39,962 nt of DNA, taken from positions 1 to 39,962 of the IMG/VR virus record IMGVR_UViG_3300017648_000008; one strand, written 5' to 3'. Shown here one piece after another: positions 1 to 8,638 of the stretch. The DNA comes from a virus (taxonomy: Duplodnaviria > Caudoviricetes). Each line of letters starts with the position of its first letter. The stretch's first letter is position 1. The notes beneath the pieces are model-generated. The model saw nothing but the letters and a program-made list of their open reading frames with translations, did no database searches and was not told where the DNA came from. Position numbers and translations under genes: made by a program.

Positions 1-336
1 ATCCGGCGATACGGGAGCAACGGGGGTGGGGCGAGTGTTCTCTAGATGCTCCGCATCTTCGTCCAAACACGTGTTGCAAAGGCCGTTCGCATTGCGAGGT
101 ACAGAACCGCAGCGAACACACGACCCATCAGAGGGGAAGTCATCCTCGTTGGATAAACTGCAATTCCATTTTTCAATTATGCTGCCATCAGCCGATCCAT
201 CGCAAAAGCCAAGCATAGGGCAATCTGTAGGATCAGCATGGATGATGGCATCCGCATCGCCTTCGGAAGGCCATAAAGCACTACGTAACATCATGGTTTT
301 ACTGCAAAACGGGCAATGCTTCAGTTCACTCGCCAT
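1..336 (-). CDS. Partial ORF (runs off left edge), Lar-like Zn-finger protein
   Basis: Not in ORF track. ATG at 336 with SD AGGAGG. Translates MASELKHCPFCSK...CVRC...CNTC...TRPTPVAPVSPD, open to base 1. N-terminal ELKxCPFC resembles Lar-family starts. Confidence 0.7.
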   Translation of the reverse strand, partial: MASELKHCPFCSKTMMLRSALWPSEGDADAIIHADPTDCPMLGFCDGSADGSIIEKWNCSLSNEDDFPSDGSCVRCGSVPRNANGLCNTCLDEDAEHLENTRPTPVAPVSPD

Positions 337-529
337 GACGGTCGCCTCCTATTGAGTAATAATGATCCATCCCCGGCGACGGTCCACAAGCAGCAGCTAT
401 CGCTCGCAGCGCTTCCGCCTTAAGCTTTTCATGCTCCCAAGATGGATGGGGTTCGATAAACTTCCGTGCTGCCAAGGTTGCCGTGATGTAGCGATCCATC
501 ATAGCCGCTTCTTTTCGGTTTAAGCTCAT
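326..529 (-). CDS. Hypothetical phage protein
   Basis: 67 aa; ATGA-coupled to the upstream gene, SD GGAGG, 11-nt overlap with the next gene. Confidence 0.7.
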   Translation of the reverse strand: MSLNRKEAAMMDRYITATLAARKFIEPHPSWEHEKLKAEALRAIAAACGPSPGMDHYYSIGGDRHGE

Positions 530-1389
530 GATCCCGCCACCTCCTTAGAAGGTGCAGATGGGAGAGTTTCGAAGCGACCGTCTTCAAACTCTTCACGCGG
601 ACGAACCCAAAGAGAACCGTCATCGACGCTGCGATAGATGGCGACCGAATGAAGATCAACAGATACGCTTCCTGTCGCGGTCTCTTCCATTGGCTCGTGC
701 CAACTATCAGTCTGCATCCTACCAAGGCCGATCAGCGAATAATGAGTGCCACGCTTCTTATGCCGGTGTGTTGGCAGCCACCCATCCCCCTCGACCTTAC
801 CGGCGTCGGAAATATGGTCCGGGGAGGATAGGGCGCGGATGGCGTCCTCTATCTTGGCTAGTGCCTTCTGAGCCTCAAACGCTTGTGCGCTATCACCCTC
901 GTAGCAGTATATCATCGCCCGGATCGTGGCGAACTCTTCCTCCAACCCAAGCTCACGCGCTGCAGATGGCTCAAGAGCGGAGAGGATGCGAGCCTCATAA
1001 TCAGCCTGTGCGGCGGCTTTGGCGGCTTCGAGAGATTTGCAAGCCTTTGATATTCCGGAAAGCCCATCATTACCGACGTAGTAAGTTACCCTCCATGTTT
1101 CTCTATCGTTCCAGTCTCTGTGAATGGAATAATGTTCATTAAAAGGGCCATCTACGTCTTTGAGAGGGTGAACCGTATGCATGAGTGGTCCAGCAACGGC
1201 ATAGAACTCCGTTTCCAGAAAGCCGGTTTGACCTGTAGCTACCCACTCCAGCTTCTTCACAGCCCCTTGCACGTGGAGGAAGGGGAGAGCAGCGATGAGG
1301 GCGCGGTGAACGTCATTCGTAAAGTCCCCAGTGCTGTTCATCAGTTCTTTTTCAGCCGCCTTCACGGCTTCTTCCGGTATTTTACCCAT
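526..1389 (-). CDS. Mosaic accessory phage protein with C-terminal DUF1653-like module
   Basis: 287 aa; C-terminal THRHKKRGTHY...VAIYRS..DGSLWVRPREEFEDGRF resembles DUF1653; SD GGAG. Confidence 0.75.
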   Translation of the reverse strand: MGKIPEEAVKAAEKELMNSTGDFTNDVHRALIAALPFLHVQGAVKKLEWVATGQTGFLETEFYAVAGPLMHTVHPLKDVDGPFNEHYSIHRDWNDRETWRVTYYVGNDGLSGISKACKSLEAAKAAAQADYEARILSALEPSAARELGLEEEFATIRAMIYCYEGDSAQAFEAQKALAKIEDAIRALSSPDHISDAGKVEGDGWLPTHRHKKRGTHYSLIGLGRMQTDSWHEPMEETATGSVSVDLHSVAIYRSVDDGSLWVRPREEFEDGRFETLPSAPSKEVAGS

Positions 1390-1576
1390 TATATTTCTCC
1401 ACTTCTTCCTGTGCCTGCATCATATCATATGGATAGTTAACAAGTCTCATCCACATGTTATAGGGCAGTTCGTTCCCGGTTGCTGCAAACCATGCATTAA
1501 CAGGTTCTTTTCGGTCCATCTCCACATCAACCATTATGTGCCCGAGAGACTTTGCTATGATTGAAACTGTTGTCAT
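1382..1576 (-). CDS. Hypothetical protein
   Basis: 64 aa, SD GGAG, overlaps the start of the next gene. Confidence 0.65.
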   Translation of the reverse strand: MTTVSIIAKSLGHIMVDVEMDRKEPVNAWFAATGNELPYNMWMRLVNYPYDMMQAQEEVEKYNG

Positions 1577-1605
1577 GTTTTCTCCACATAATCACAATTA
1601 CATGT

Positions 1606-1836
1606 TTAGAAATGAGTGTCAACCGACAATATGCGGTCTATCTCATTCTCAAGCTCAACCCTTAAATACCAAGGGAACTCACGACTATTCCATCGACCTG
1701 ATTTAACCAGTGATAGTGCTTTCTGCCGTACCATGTGCATCACATGGTCTTTCGTAGCATCCGAAACGTCCACCAGGAATAGATTTCCCGCGAGAACGTC
1801 TTCGTAGTCTCTGGTAGAGTACATCTTGCTGCGCAT
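1606..1836 (-). CDS. Hypothetical protein
   Basis: 76 aa, in operon orientation, fills the gap between neighbours. Confidence 0.55.
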   Translation of the reverse strand: MRSKMYSTRDYEDVLAGNLFLVDVSDATKDHVMHMVRQKALSLVKSGRWNSREFPWYLRVELENEIDRILSVDTHF

Positions 1837-1875
1837 AGTGTTCTATTTCCAGCTGTGCTAGGAGGTCGATAATAT

Positions 1876-2181
1876 TTACTGGTAGCAAATTTCAACCCCT
1901 ATAGCCAAAGCAAGCGCGTGCTCTGCCCTTGCGCCAACGCTTTTCTCCCAACCTTTCAGCATGTAAATTTCGTCAGCCTGGGTACATATAAAATCGCAAT
2001 ATTCTTTGAATGCTGTCTTTGTTGGGAACTCATTCAAAGGTCCATCATATAAAAAATCCCTGGCAGGGTTGTAAACTTCAAGACCGATTTGCTCCAGTAT
2101 TTCTGTAGCCTTATTAAATGCTGGGTAGTTGTATTCTTGTAAACCAGTCATTGGTCCGCTTACATAAACTTTTCTTTTCAA
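1876..2181 (-). CDS. DUF4406 / nucleoside 2-deoxyribosyltransferase-like protein
   Basis: VYVSGPMTG..YNYPAF...VYNPA...IYMLKGWEKSVGARAE motif set. Confidence 0.85.
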   Translation of the reverse strand: MKRKVYVSGPMTGLQEYNYPAFNKATEILEQIGLEVYNPARDFLYDGPLNEFPTKTAFKEYCDFICTQADEIYMLKGWEKSVGARAEHALALAIGVEICYQ

Positions 2182-2873
2182 AATTCCATTCCCTCTTGTT
2201 TAGGCTCACTAACAGGAGCATTAACGAAAATATCAGGCTGGTCGTAAGCCTCTTGAATGCGCTTACAAGCTATATCGAAATAATCCTCGTCCAGTTCGAT
2301 TCCGATGAATGAGCGACCCTCTTTAACGCAGGCTACACCCGTCGTTCCGCTGCCCATGAAGGGGTCAAGGATGAGTTTTGAGTCTTTCAGGAAGGATAGG
2401 CACCACTGCATTAGTTGAACGGGCTTTTGGGTTGGGTGATTAGCGCCGTCTTTTTTAATAGCACTGCGATTTTTTACATACACCCTTGAGGGCATATTTA
2501 TAGAACAGTACGCAAGCTCATTGTCGCTCATCGTTAACCCGTGCTGCCCCTTATCCCAACTTAACCACCCTCGACCAACCTTTTCTATTTTGTCTTGGAA
2601 ATAATTACCTCCCCATATAACCTGTTCATCCGATATAGAAAAAATCGTGTCAAAGACTAATTTATCAGGTGTTTTATTGTCCCATCCTTTAAAATCATAT
2701 CCTTTGCGATCTGATTTTTTACCTTTAATATTCTCTTTCTGCCCGTCAATACCAATACCATAAGGCGGATCAGTCACCACTGCATCTACTCGTCCTAAAT
2801 GTGGCATTACATCCATGCAATCCGCCAAATACAGAGTACAGTCCCCGATAACTTCTTTACGTTTGTATTTCAT
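2178..2873 (-). CDS. DNA methyltransferase (N6A/N4C, beta class), orphan
   Basis: VTDPPY precedes HPTQKP and LDPFMGSGTT. Start moved to ATG 2873 (SD GGAG) from the track's 2975. Confidence 0.92.
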   Translation of the reverse strand: MKYKRKEVIGDCTLYLADCMDVMPHLGRVDAVVTDPPYGIGIDGQKENIKGKKSDRKGYDFKGWDNKTPDKLVFDTIFSISDEQVIWGGNYFQDKIEKVGRGWLSWDKGQHGLTMSDNELAYCSINMPSRVYVKNRSAIKKDGANHPTQKPVQLMQWCLSFLKDSKLILDPFMGSGTTGVACVKEGRSFIGIELDEDYFDIACKRIQEAYDQPDIFVNAPVSEPKQEGMEF

Positions 2874-3285
2874 AATACTTCTCCACATATGTTTCAAAAG
2901 CCTGCCACGCCGCCTTAGCCCCCAGAGCGACGCAAACGAACGCACCTGCATTCTGCGCGGCTGTAAGGTATTCAATCTGGCCGTCTTGCCATTTGCTAAG
3001 TTGCGGATTGGCTCTTTTTATCTCACAAAGAAATGACGGGTTTCCGGGCACGATACAATCTGGAGCGCCTTTCGTCATGCCCTCAGCCTTATGTTTTGCC
3101 ATAGACGAAAACTGTCCTTTTGAAACCAGTCCCTCATTGCGCGGGTGGAATACAATCTTCCCGAACGTATCAGGATATACACGCCTAATCTGGTTTACCA
3201 GGCTCATCTGCTCGACCGTCTCCAATGGGCATTTGCCGCGAAAGGTTGGGTCGCCGAATAGAGGTATGTGTGGGGGGAAATTCAT
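2857..3285 (-). CDS. VRR-NUC domain nuclease
   Basis: E..EQ...HPRNEG...GMTKGAPD...CEIK...Q..Y PD-(D/E)xK pattern. Confidence 0.85.
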   Translation of the reverse strand: MNFPPHIPLFGDPTFRGKCPLETVEQMSLVNQIRRVYPDTFGKIVFHPRNEGLVSKGQFSSMAKHKAEGMTKGAPDCIVPGNPSFLCEIKRANPQLSKWQDGQIEYLTAAQNAGAFVCVALGAKAAWQAFETYVEKYYEIQT

Positions 3286-3602
3286 GATGACGTACCCTTT
3301 ATTTTTTTGATACCTTCAATCATGCATGATTCACATATGTAATGAACATACTCTCCACTATTTACATCCATACATAAAACAGCTTCTACGTCATTCCTAC
3401 ATTCATCGCAAATTAATTGAGTCCATGAAGAATTTCCTATTATTTTATCGACATCACTCTTTGTAAAATTCTCTGCAAGTTTTAATAACTTCTCTTTTAT
3501 AATCATTTTATCTGAATGTATCCAATGTGGAGCGCTATATTGCTCAGCCCACCTATTAGGAGCATTAGATATGACGTCATCACGTTTAATAATGTCACTC
3601 AT
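3282..3602 (-). CDS. Hypothetical Zn-finger protein (AT-rich gene)
   Basis: CDEC...CESC; ATGA-coupled on both sides. Confidence 0.7.
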   Translation of the reverse strand: MSDIIKRDDVISNAPNRWAEQYSAPHWIHSDKMIIKEKLLKLAENFTKSDVDKIIGNSSWTQLICDECRNDVEAVLCMDVNSGEYVHYICESCMIEGIKKIKGTSS

Positions 3603-5416
3603 GCCGCTATTCCTCTCACTGGTTCTTCATCCTTTGGTTGATTATACCCAAGGATGGCAAAGAATTTACTATCTGTCTTGCGATAAGATATTGTCTCAGG
3701 CTTAACATTGCCGTTGTCAGTAGTCAACATGAAATTGTTGTATTCGGCTTGTTGCTTTGGTGTGCGCCCATCAACCATAAAGTAAGTTGTGAAAGCACGA
3801 TATGGCGTAACCCAATCCACACGCAAAATAGCATTGCCAGCTTGCGAAACGCTTCTTTTAACATCCATCGATATAACCTCATCACATTGCGGTAAATGAG
3901 GGTCTTTCTTGTGGGCTTTAAACTCCCCCACGAGCCGTTCATTGGGGTCTACAAGTTCCGCCTTGCACACATAGCAATATCGCGCAGCTATGTCGTTTTT
4001 CTCCCCACACGCTGGGCAATCCTTCCCGCTCCATCTGTAGCCGCATCTCTCCACCCTGCCATCGCCAACAGGAACATAGCCAAAGCACCGCCTTCCATAA
4101 TGCCCAGACAATGGTCCGTATTCTGTCATGATCTGGTTGCCAAACACATCCAGGCAATACCCATTCTCATCTTTCTCATGATCGGCATAGTCTGGGATGC
4201 AGGAAAATTCGTTCTCATAGCCGCAATCAGGGCATTTTGCCTTTATCGGGATGGATTCGCCTTTTTCTTTCTTAGCCCTGATGATCGGGTTGTATATGTC
4301 CCCGTCAGGAAAGTGATTATCAATGTTGGAAGCGTAATCCAGAAGAATCGAATACTCTTTACCGTCATGTAATCTCCACGCTCTCCCCAAAATCTGTGTC
4401 AGCAGCGCACTAGATTCAGTCTGCCTCAACAATGCGATGACTTGAGTATGAGGGGCATCAAACCCCGTGGTCAAAGTACCAACTGACGCAAGATAACGTA
4501 TTGAGCCATTCTTGTACTTATCGATAATGTGGTTTCGCTCACCCTTTTGGGTATCGCCGGTAACCATGGCAGAGATTGCAGGCGGAAGAGAAGCCATAAT
4601 CTCCTGTGCATGTTTTACCGTTGCAGCGAACAGCATGACACCACCTGGGTAGGGACGGCTTTGCTCAATTACATCCGCAACAATAGCTGCCGTCTTTCGA
4701 CCCTGCCCCACAAACGCTTTATCAACGTCATGTGCATCGTATTGGCCCATCCTGTTTAAGTGAAGCCCAGAGGTGTCGTATCTGCTGGCGTTGATCGCGC
4801 CAATGCGCATAGGAGTGATATACCCTGCGTCTAGCATCTCCTTTGCAGATACTCGATGGACTAGTTTGTGGAAATATGGATTACGGGTCTGGTCATCAGT
4901 GATAGTACGTCCGGTTTCATCAATGCGATAAATGTACCCATCGCCAAGCCTATAAGGCGTCCCCGAAAAACCAATAACCCGTAACATTGGGTTGCTTTTA
5001 CGCATCTCATCAATGATGAACTTGATAGTTGGAGTGATGCCGTGGCACTCGTCTATAACTACCCCCGCGTATCCATTGGCGAATTTTGATGTAGCGTTCT
5101 TCACCGTCAAAGGAGAACCAAACACCACCTTATGACGCGTTGACTTACTTCCTGCGCTTGCGGAGAATATAGAGCATGGTTCACCTGTTAAACGATATTT
5201 TGCTGCGTTCTGCTCTATAAGCTCTTTTGATGGAGCCAGACACAGAACACGCTTGCCTTTGCTAACACTATGCAGGAAGTCGGCGATCGCGGCTATAAGG
5301 TAACTTTTACCGGCTGCGGGAGCTGCGTCAATGACGCAAGGCTCCACTGATTGTCGTAGGTATTCAACCAGCTTGTCATGGCAGGTTTGTTGGTAGGGGC
5401 GGAGGGAGAAGGTCAT
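3599..5416 (-). CDS. SF2 DExH helicase (RadD/YejH-like) with C-terminal Zn fingers
   Basis: LRPYQ, APAAGKS, IDECH, SGTP, TGFDAP and QILGRAWR motifs; CPDC, CPAC and CYVC pairs. Confidence 0.93.
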   Translation of the reverse strand: MTFSLRPYQQTCHDKLVEYLRQSVEPCVIDAAPAAGKSYLIAAIADFLHSVSKGKRVLCLAPSKELIEQNAAKYRLTGEPCSIFSASAGSKSTRHKVVFGSPLTVKNATSKFANGYAGVVIDECHGITPTIKFIIDEMRKSNPMLRVIGFSGTPYRLGDGYIYRIDETGRTITDDQTRNPYFHKLVHRVSAKEMLDAGYITPMRIGAINASRYDTSGLHLNRMGQYDAHDVDKAFVGQGRKTAAIVADVIEQSRPYPGGVMLFAATVKHAQEIMASLPPAISAMVTGDTQKGERNHIIDKYKNGSIRYLASVGTLTTGFDAPHTQVIALLRQTESSALLTQILGRAWRLHDGKEYSILLDYASNIDNHFPDGDIYNPIIRAKKEKGESIPIKAKCPDCGYENEFSCIPDYADHEKDENGYCLDVFGNQIMTEYGPLSGHYGRRCFGYVPVGDGRVERCGYRWSGKDCPACGEKNDIAARYCYVCKAELVDPNERLVGEFKAHKKDPHLPQCDEVISMDVKRSVSQAGNAILRVDWVTPYRAFTTYFMVDGRTPKQQAEYNNFMLTTDNGNVKPETISYRKTDSKFFAILGYNQPKDEEPVRGIAA

Positions 5417-5419
5417 GTA

Positions 5420-5578
5420 TCACCATCCTAGGTGACGAAGATACATAGCGATGAACATACCAGAGCCTCCCAACAATATCCAAATTAATTGATATGGACC
5501 TGATTTGTTTTCATTTGGCATTTTCCATATGCCGCAAAGTACAACAAAAAAAGATATTACAAATAAAGCAACATCCAT
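5420..5578 (-). CDS. Small two-TM membrane protein (52 aa)
   Basis: Not in track: MDVALFVISFFVVLCGIWKMPNENKSGPYQLIWILLGGSGMFIAMYLRHLGW. Exactly fills the exonuclease-helicase gap. Confidence 0.7.
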   Translation of the reverse strand: MDVALFVISFFVVLCGIWKMPNENKSGPYQLIWILLGGSGMFIAMYLRHLGW

Positions 5579-5579
5579 C

Positions 5580-6206
5580 TCACCACCCCACACTTAAAAA
5601 CCGCTCATGAATCTCACGAACAATACGAACGTCATCAGCACAGTATTCCGCAATCTCATCATGCAGACATTGCTGCCACATGTAATGAACCTGCTTGCCG
5701 GTCGTTTCGCCCTTGCCTTTAATGCCAAGATTGCGCGCTAGATTATCCAAAGAGATAAACTCTTTGCCATTACCAAACGCTGTCATAGTGTCGAACACCT
5801 TATTATCCCACGGCTTTAAACTCCGCGGCCAAATGTGCTCAGGCGGTAGTTTGACACCAAGGACAAGAGCGCGTTTAGTCAGGAATGGGATGTCAAAGCC
5901 GATGATGTTGTGGCCGACTAGTGTAGATTCCTGCATTTGGTTGAAGAAATCTTGCAGCATAACCTTTTCTGAACCAACATCACCTATTGCCCATTTCTCA
6001 TCATTCGCCACAATACAAGCAACATGCCCCTTCCAGCCGTCTAGGGCCGTCTTTTCCCATGCTTCTTGCGCGTTTTCTTCTATGTATTGCGCAATGGTGT
6101 CTGGGTTCTTATAATTTGCAGGGATCTTGATTGATTCCTTAGCTCTTTCCAAGGCTCCTTCTGATTGGTCTGGGATGGTTTCTATGTCGAAATATATGTA
6201 GGTCAT
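5580..6206 (-). CDS. 3'-5' exonuclease, DEDDy / PolB-exo-like
   Basis: ExoI FDIET, ExoII GHNIIGFD, ExoIII YCADDV. Confidence 0.9.
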   Translation of the reverse strand: MTYIYFDIETIPDQSEGALERAKESIKIPANYKNPDTIAQYIEENAQEAWEKTALDGWKGHVACIVANDEKWAIGDVGSEKVMLQDFFNQMQESTLVGHNIIGFDIPFLTKRALVLGVKLPPEHIWPRSLKPWDNKVFDTMTAFGNGKEFISLDNLARNLGIKGKGETTGKQVHYMWQQCLHDEIAEYCADDVRIVREIHERFLSVGW

Positions 6207-6583
6207 TTCCCATTCTCCGCCAACGCTTCTGCAAGCTGATTAAATAGATGGGCGGCTTCACGTAGTTCATCAGCATCCATACCGACAATCGGGACAGACG
6301 TTCCAACGGAAGCCGGGGCGAAATCCAGTGTTACTCTGTTCTTCATATATGTTCCCGTCACCTCAAAACGACCATAAACCCCCGGCACAATCTCACGGCG
6401 CGTTACGGTGCGGATGGGGCCAATGCGCTCCAAGTCGATTTCTTTTTCAAGGCAAATCCCATATTCTCCATGTGTATCAACACTAACCATTCCATGGCCT
6501 TCAATACTCACCACTGTCCCAATATCGCCGTAGGAACCCTCAGTAAGATACCGTACCCTGTCGCCTACATTAAATTTACTCAT
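6203..6583 (-). CDS. Hypothetical protein with N-terminal SH3/KOW-like domain
   Basis: MSKFNVGDRVR...GTVV; start at ATG 6583 preferred over the track's GTG 6613. Confidence 0.7.
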   Translation of the reverse strand: MSKFNVGDRVRYLTEGSYGDIGTVVSIEGHGMVSVDTHGEYGICLEKEIDLERIGPIRTVTRREIVPGVYGRFEVTGTYMKNRVTLDFAPASVGTSVPIVGMDADELREAAHLFNQLAEALAENGK

Positions 6584-6660
6584 CTTTCTATCCACTTCCT
6601 CAGCGCTCACCAACAGCGTAAACGGCTTCCATTCATACGTTCCCGTTGCGCCCTCCTTTT

Positions 6661-6680
6661 AGGGCGACCGAAGCCGCCCT
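6661..6680 (-). other. UUCG-capped hairpin after the SSB-like gene
   Basis: - strand AGGGCGGC-TTCG-GTCGCCCT followed by AAAA rather than a U-tract. Confidence 0.55.
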
Positions 6681-6696
6681 TTTGTTTAATCAGGAA

Positions 6697-7299
6697 TTAA
6701 AATGGCACGAAGTCGTCAATGTCCTTGCTAAGTTGGCTAGAAATAGATGTCTCTTTAGCCTTAGCCGCCTGCGCCTGTACATCCTCCTTGGTAACTTCCG
6801 TTACCGGATCATTCTTGGGGCCAACGTAGTAAACCCAATTGCCCTTTGGCTTCTTGGTTTCTGCATCATCCCAAGTATTCAGGCCGATCACCATAGGCTT
6901 ATTATTCAGCGCCAGAGCAAGGCTTTCATCCGTAGGTTCTACGCCTGCCTGAGCAAGCTTTCCTCCTGCATTGGCATCAATAGCCGCCAACATCTTAAGA
7001 GCCTTGTCTTTCTTGGCCTTTGCCTTTGCAGGGTCTTTCTGCATGGGGTCATAGTCAAAGCACCAAACCTTCTGAAAAATCTTACGCTTGTTGTAGACTT
7101 CTGGTTTGATGATACCCCACTTGATTTCAACGTATTGCTCTACGCTGTCTTTAACGGTGGCAATCTTCACATTCTCGATAATAGCAAGCACCTTAGTGCC
7201 CGCTGGGATTGGCAGAATATCACCACCGCCTTCAACCTCGAAGCTGGTAGTGGTATTTGCAATGGCGCTTTCACCCGTTGATGTATTCCAGAATGACAT
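6697..7299 (-). CDS. Probable single-stranded DNA-binding protein (DUF669-like)
   Basis: Follows the AAA ATPase; PIPAG..YVEIKW pattern; acidic C-terminus DIDDFVPF. Confidence 0.7.
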   Translation of the reverse strand: MSFWNTSTGESAIANTTTSFEVEGGGDILPIPAGTKVLAIIENVKIATVKDSVEQYVEIKWGIIKPEVYNKRKIFQKVWCFDYDPMQKDPAKAKAKKDKALKMLAAIDANAGGKLAQAGVEPTDESLALALNNKPMVIGLNTWDDAETKKPKGNWVYYVGPKNDPVTEVTKEDVQAQAAKAKETSISSQLSKDIDDFVPF

Positions 7300-7314
7300 G
7301 TTTAGTTCTCCTTA

Positions 7315-8061
7315 TTAAATGTAATCTTGTAGGGGATTAACACCCATCTGCACAACAATATCGTCCTTAATCCCTAGACGATTCTTGCTAACGAAGGCAG
7401 GGTGCAGAGTAGTGGTTAGAATAATATCACCAGTGGTAATAGCTTTCTTGCGTTCGTCTTCTTCACCACGGAGGATGGTTGCTTGACGAAGGAATCCTAC
7501 CACGTCAACATCGTCAACATATGACTTCATTGACTCGCGATGAAGACGCAGAGAATACTTTGAATATGGTTCACTATCTGGCGGATCAATCCGTTCAATG
7601 TCGGCATGACCGATGAAAACAACGTGCATACCACGCACAGAACGAAGGTATTCAGCGGCCTTGCGAAGCTTGGCATGTTGAGCTGCAACCGCTGCACGTC
7701 CTGCTCCCCACCCTCCAAGGGCCTGAGCTATTCCTCTAGCTTTTGGATCGCTATCAAGAACATCCTTGATGAACATGCCCTCCATACCTGTCGCGCTGTC
7801 AACGATCAACGTCTTAAAATCGTGTTCATCTTTGCAGAGTGCTGTTAGCTGTTCCCATAGCTTGGCAGGGCTATCTGTAATCCCCAATGATGCGGCCTTA
7901 TTAGGTGCATCACGCGGCACAGCTTCACCCTGAGTACGGATCATATAAGGCTTAGGGAATGTAAGCGCTGTTGATGTTTTACCAGTGCCTGGCGTGCCGA
8001 ACAGCGTCACAATCAACGCCTGCTCGCCACCGTCATTTGTTGCGTTTTGTAGAATGCTCAT
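7315..8061 (-). CDS. AAA_24 / Sak4-like ATPase (ssDNA annealing)
   Basis: Walker A GTPGTGKT, Walker B LIVDS, VVFIGH, KNR. Confidence 0.85.
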   Translation of the reverse strand: MSILQNATNDGGEQALIVTLFGTPGTGKTSTALTFPKPYMIRTQGEAVPRDAPNKAASLGITDSPAKLWEQLTALCKDEHDFKTLIVDSATGMEGMFIKDVLDSDPKARGIAQALGGWGAGRAAVAAQHAKLRKAAEYLRSVRGMHVVFIGHADIERIDPPDSEPYSKYSLRLHRESMKSYVDDVDVVGFLRQATILRGEEDERKKAITTGDIILTTTLHPAFVSKNRLGIKDDIVVQMGVNPLQDYI

Positions 8062-8087
8062 TTATTTGCCTTTCTTCAATTTCCGTA

Positions 8088-8120
8088 TTGCATTTAGCAT
8101 CACTCAATTGTATAAGTCAA
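8088..8120. promoter_or_regulatory. Overlapping divergent sigma70-type promoters with shared 12-bp box
   Basis: + strand: TTGCAT(8088)-N17-TATAAG(8111). - strand: TTGACT(8120-8115). Box TACAATTGAGTG at 8112-8101. Confidence 0.65.
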
Positions 8121-8147
8121 CATAGATTTTCAACAAAAGGGAAAAAT

Positions 8148-8345
8148 ATGAAATACCTCACAGGACCGGAGCTTCAGGAATATCTACGTAACCTTCCTTA
8201 TGGTGGCTTGCATAAAATGGCAAAGGAAACAGGGATGATTTACCAGTCTCTCAGCCGCATTAAGGTAGGGAAAACCATCAACCCCACATGGGAAACCATT
8301 AAAAAGGTTAGTGAGTATAAGGCATCGCAGGAGGAATTGAAATGA
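8148..8345 (+). CDS. XRE/Cro-like HTH regulator (65 aa)
   Basis: KMAKETGMIYQSLSRIKVGKTINPTWETIKKV; ATG 8148 with SD AAGGG. The track's 7971 start overlaps the divergent gene. Confidence 0.85.
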   Translation: MKYLTGPELQEYLRNLPYGGLHKMAKETGMIYQSLSRIKVGKTINPTWETIKKVSEYKASQEELK

Positions 8346-8536
8346 GTGAGTGGAAGACGATTGATAGTGCGCCGAAGAACGAAAGTGTCCTCCTATGTGT
8401 AGGAGGGAAGATCGTCGTGGGTCATTGGAAACTTATGTGGCAGCAATGGCAGGCTGAATACTCGCACGACGATATGGGGTCGTTGCCTAGTCCCACCCAC
8501 TGGATGCCATTACCTAATCCTCCGGTGACGCCATGA
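8342..8536 (+). CDS. DUF551-like protein
   Basis: MSEWKTIDSAPK...PTHWMPLPNPP. Confidence 0.85.
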   Translation: MSEWKTIDSAPKNESVLLCVGGKIVVGHWKLMWQQWQAEYSHDDMGSLPSPTHWMPLPNPPVTP

Positions 8537-8604
8537 CAGAAACCCTAATAACCGCGAATCTAATTCTGACGTTTATTAACCTATGTATATTAATGCGCCT
8601 TTAA
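8533..8604 (+). CDS. 23-aa hydrophobic micropeptide
   Basis: MTETLITANLILTFINLCILMRL; ATGA-coupled; ends just before the terminator. Confidence 0.5.
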   Translation: MTETLITANLILTFINLCILMRL

Positions 8605-8611
8605 CATTAAC

Positions 8612-8638
8612 GCCCCGGTTTTTACACCGGGGCTTTTT
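8612..8638 (+). terminator. Intrinsic terminator
   Basis: GCCCCGGT-N6-ACCGGGGC-TTTTT between convergent units. Confidence 0.85.

Noticed and set aside
1606-2181. Stop-codon read-through fusing the DUF4406 gene to 1606-1836 (same frame)
   Set aside because: A second in-frame stop (TAG) lies in the 39-nt gap.
2874-2975. N-terminal extension of the methyltransferase
   Set aside because: It lies inside the VRR-NUC gene; ATG 2873 has an SD.
7971-8147. N-terminal extension of the HTH ORF in the track
   Set aside because: It overlaps the divergent ATPase gene and the promoter region; ATG 8148 has an SD.
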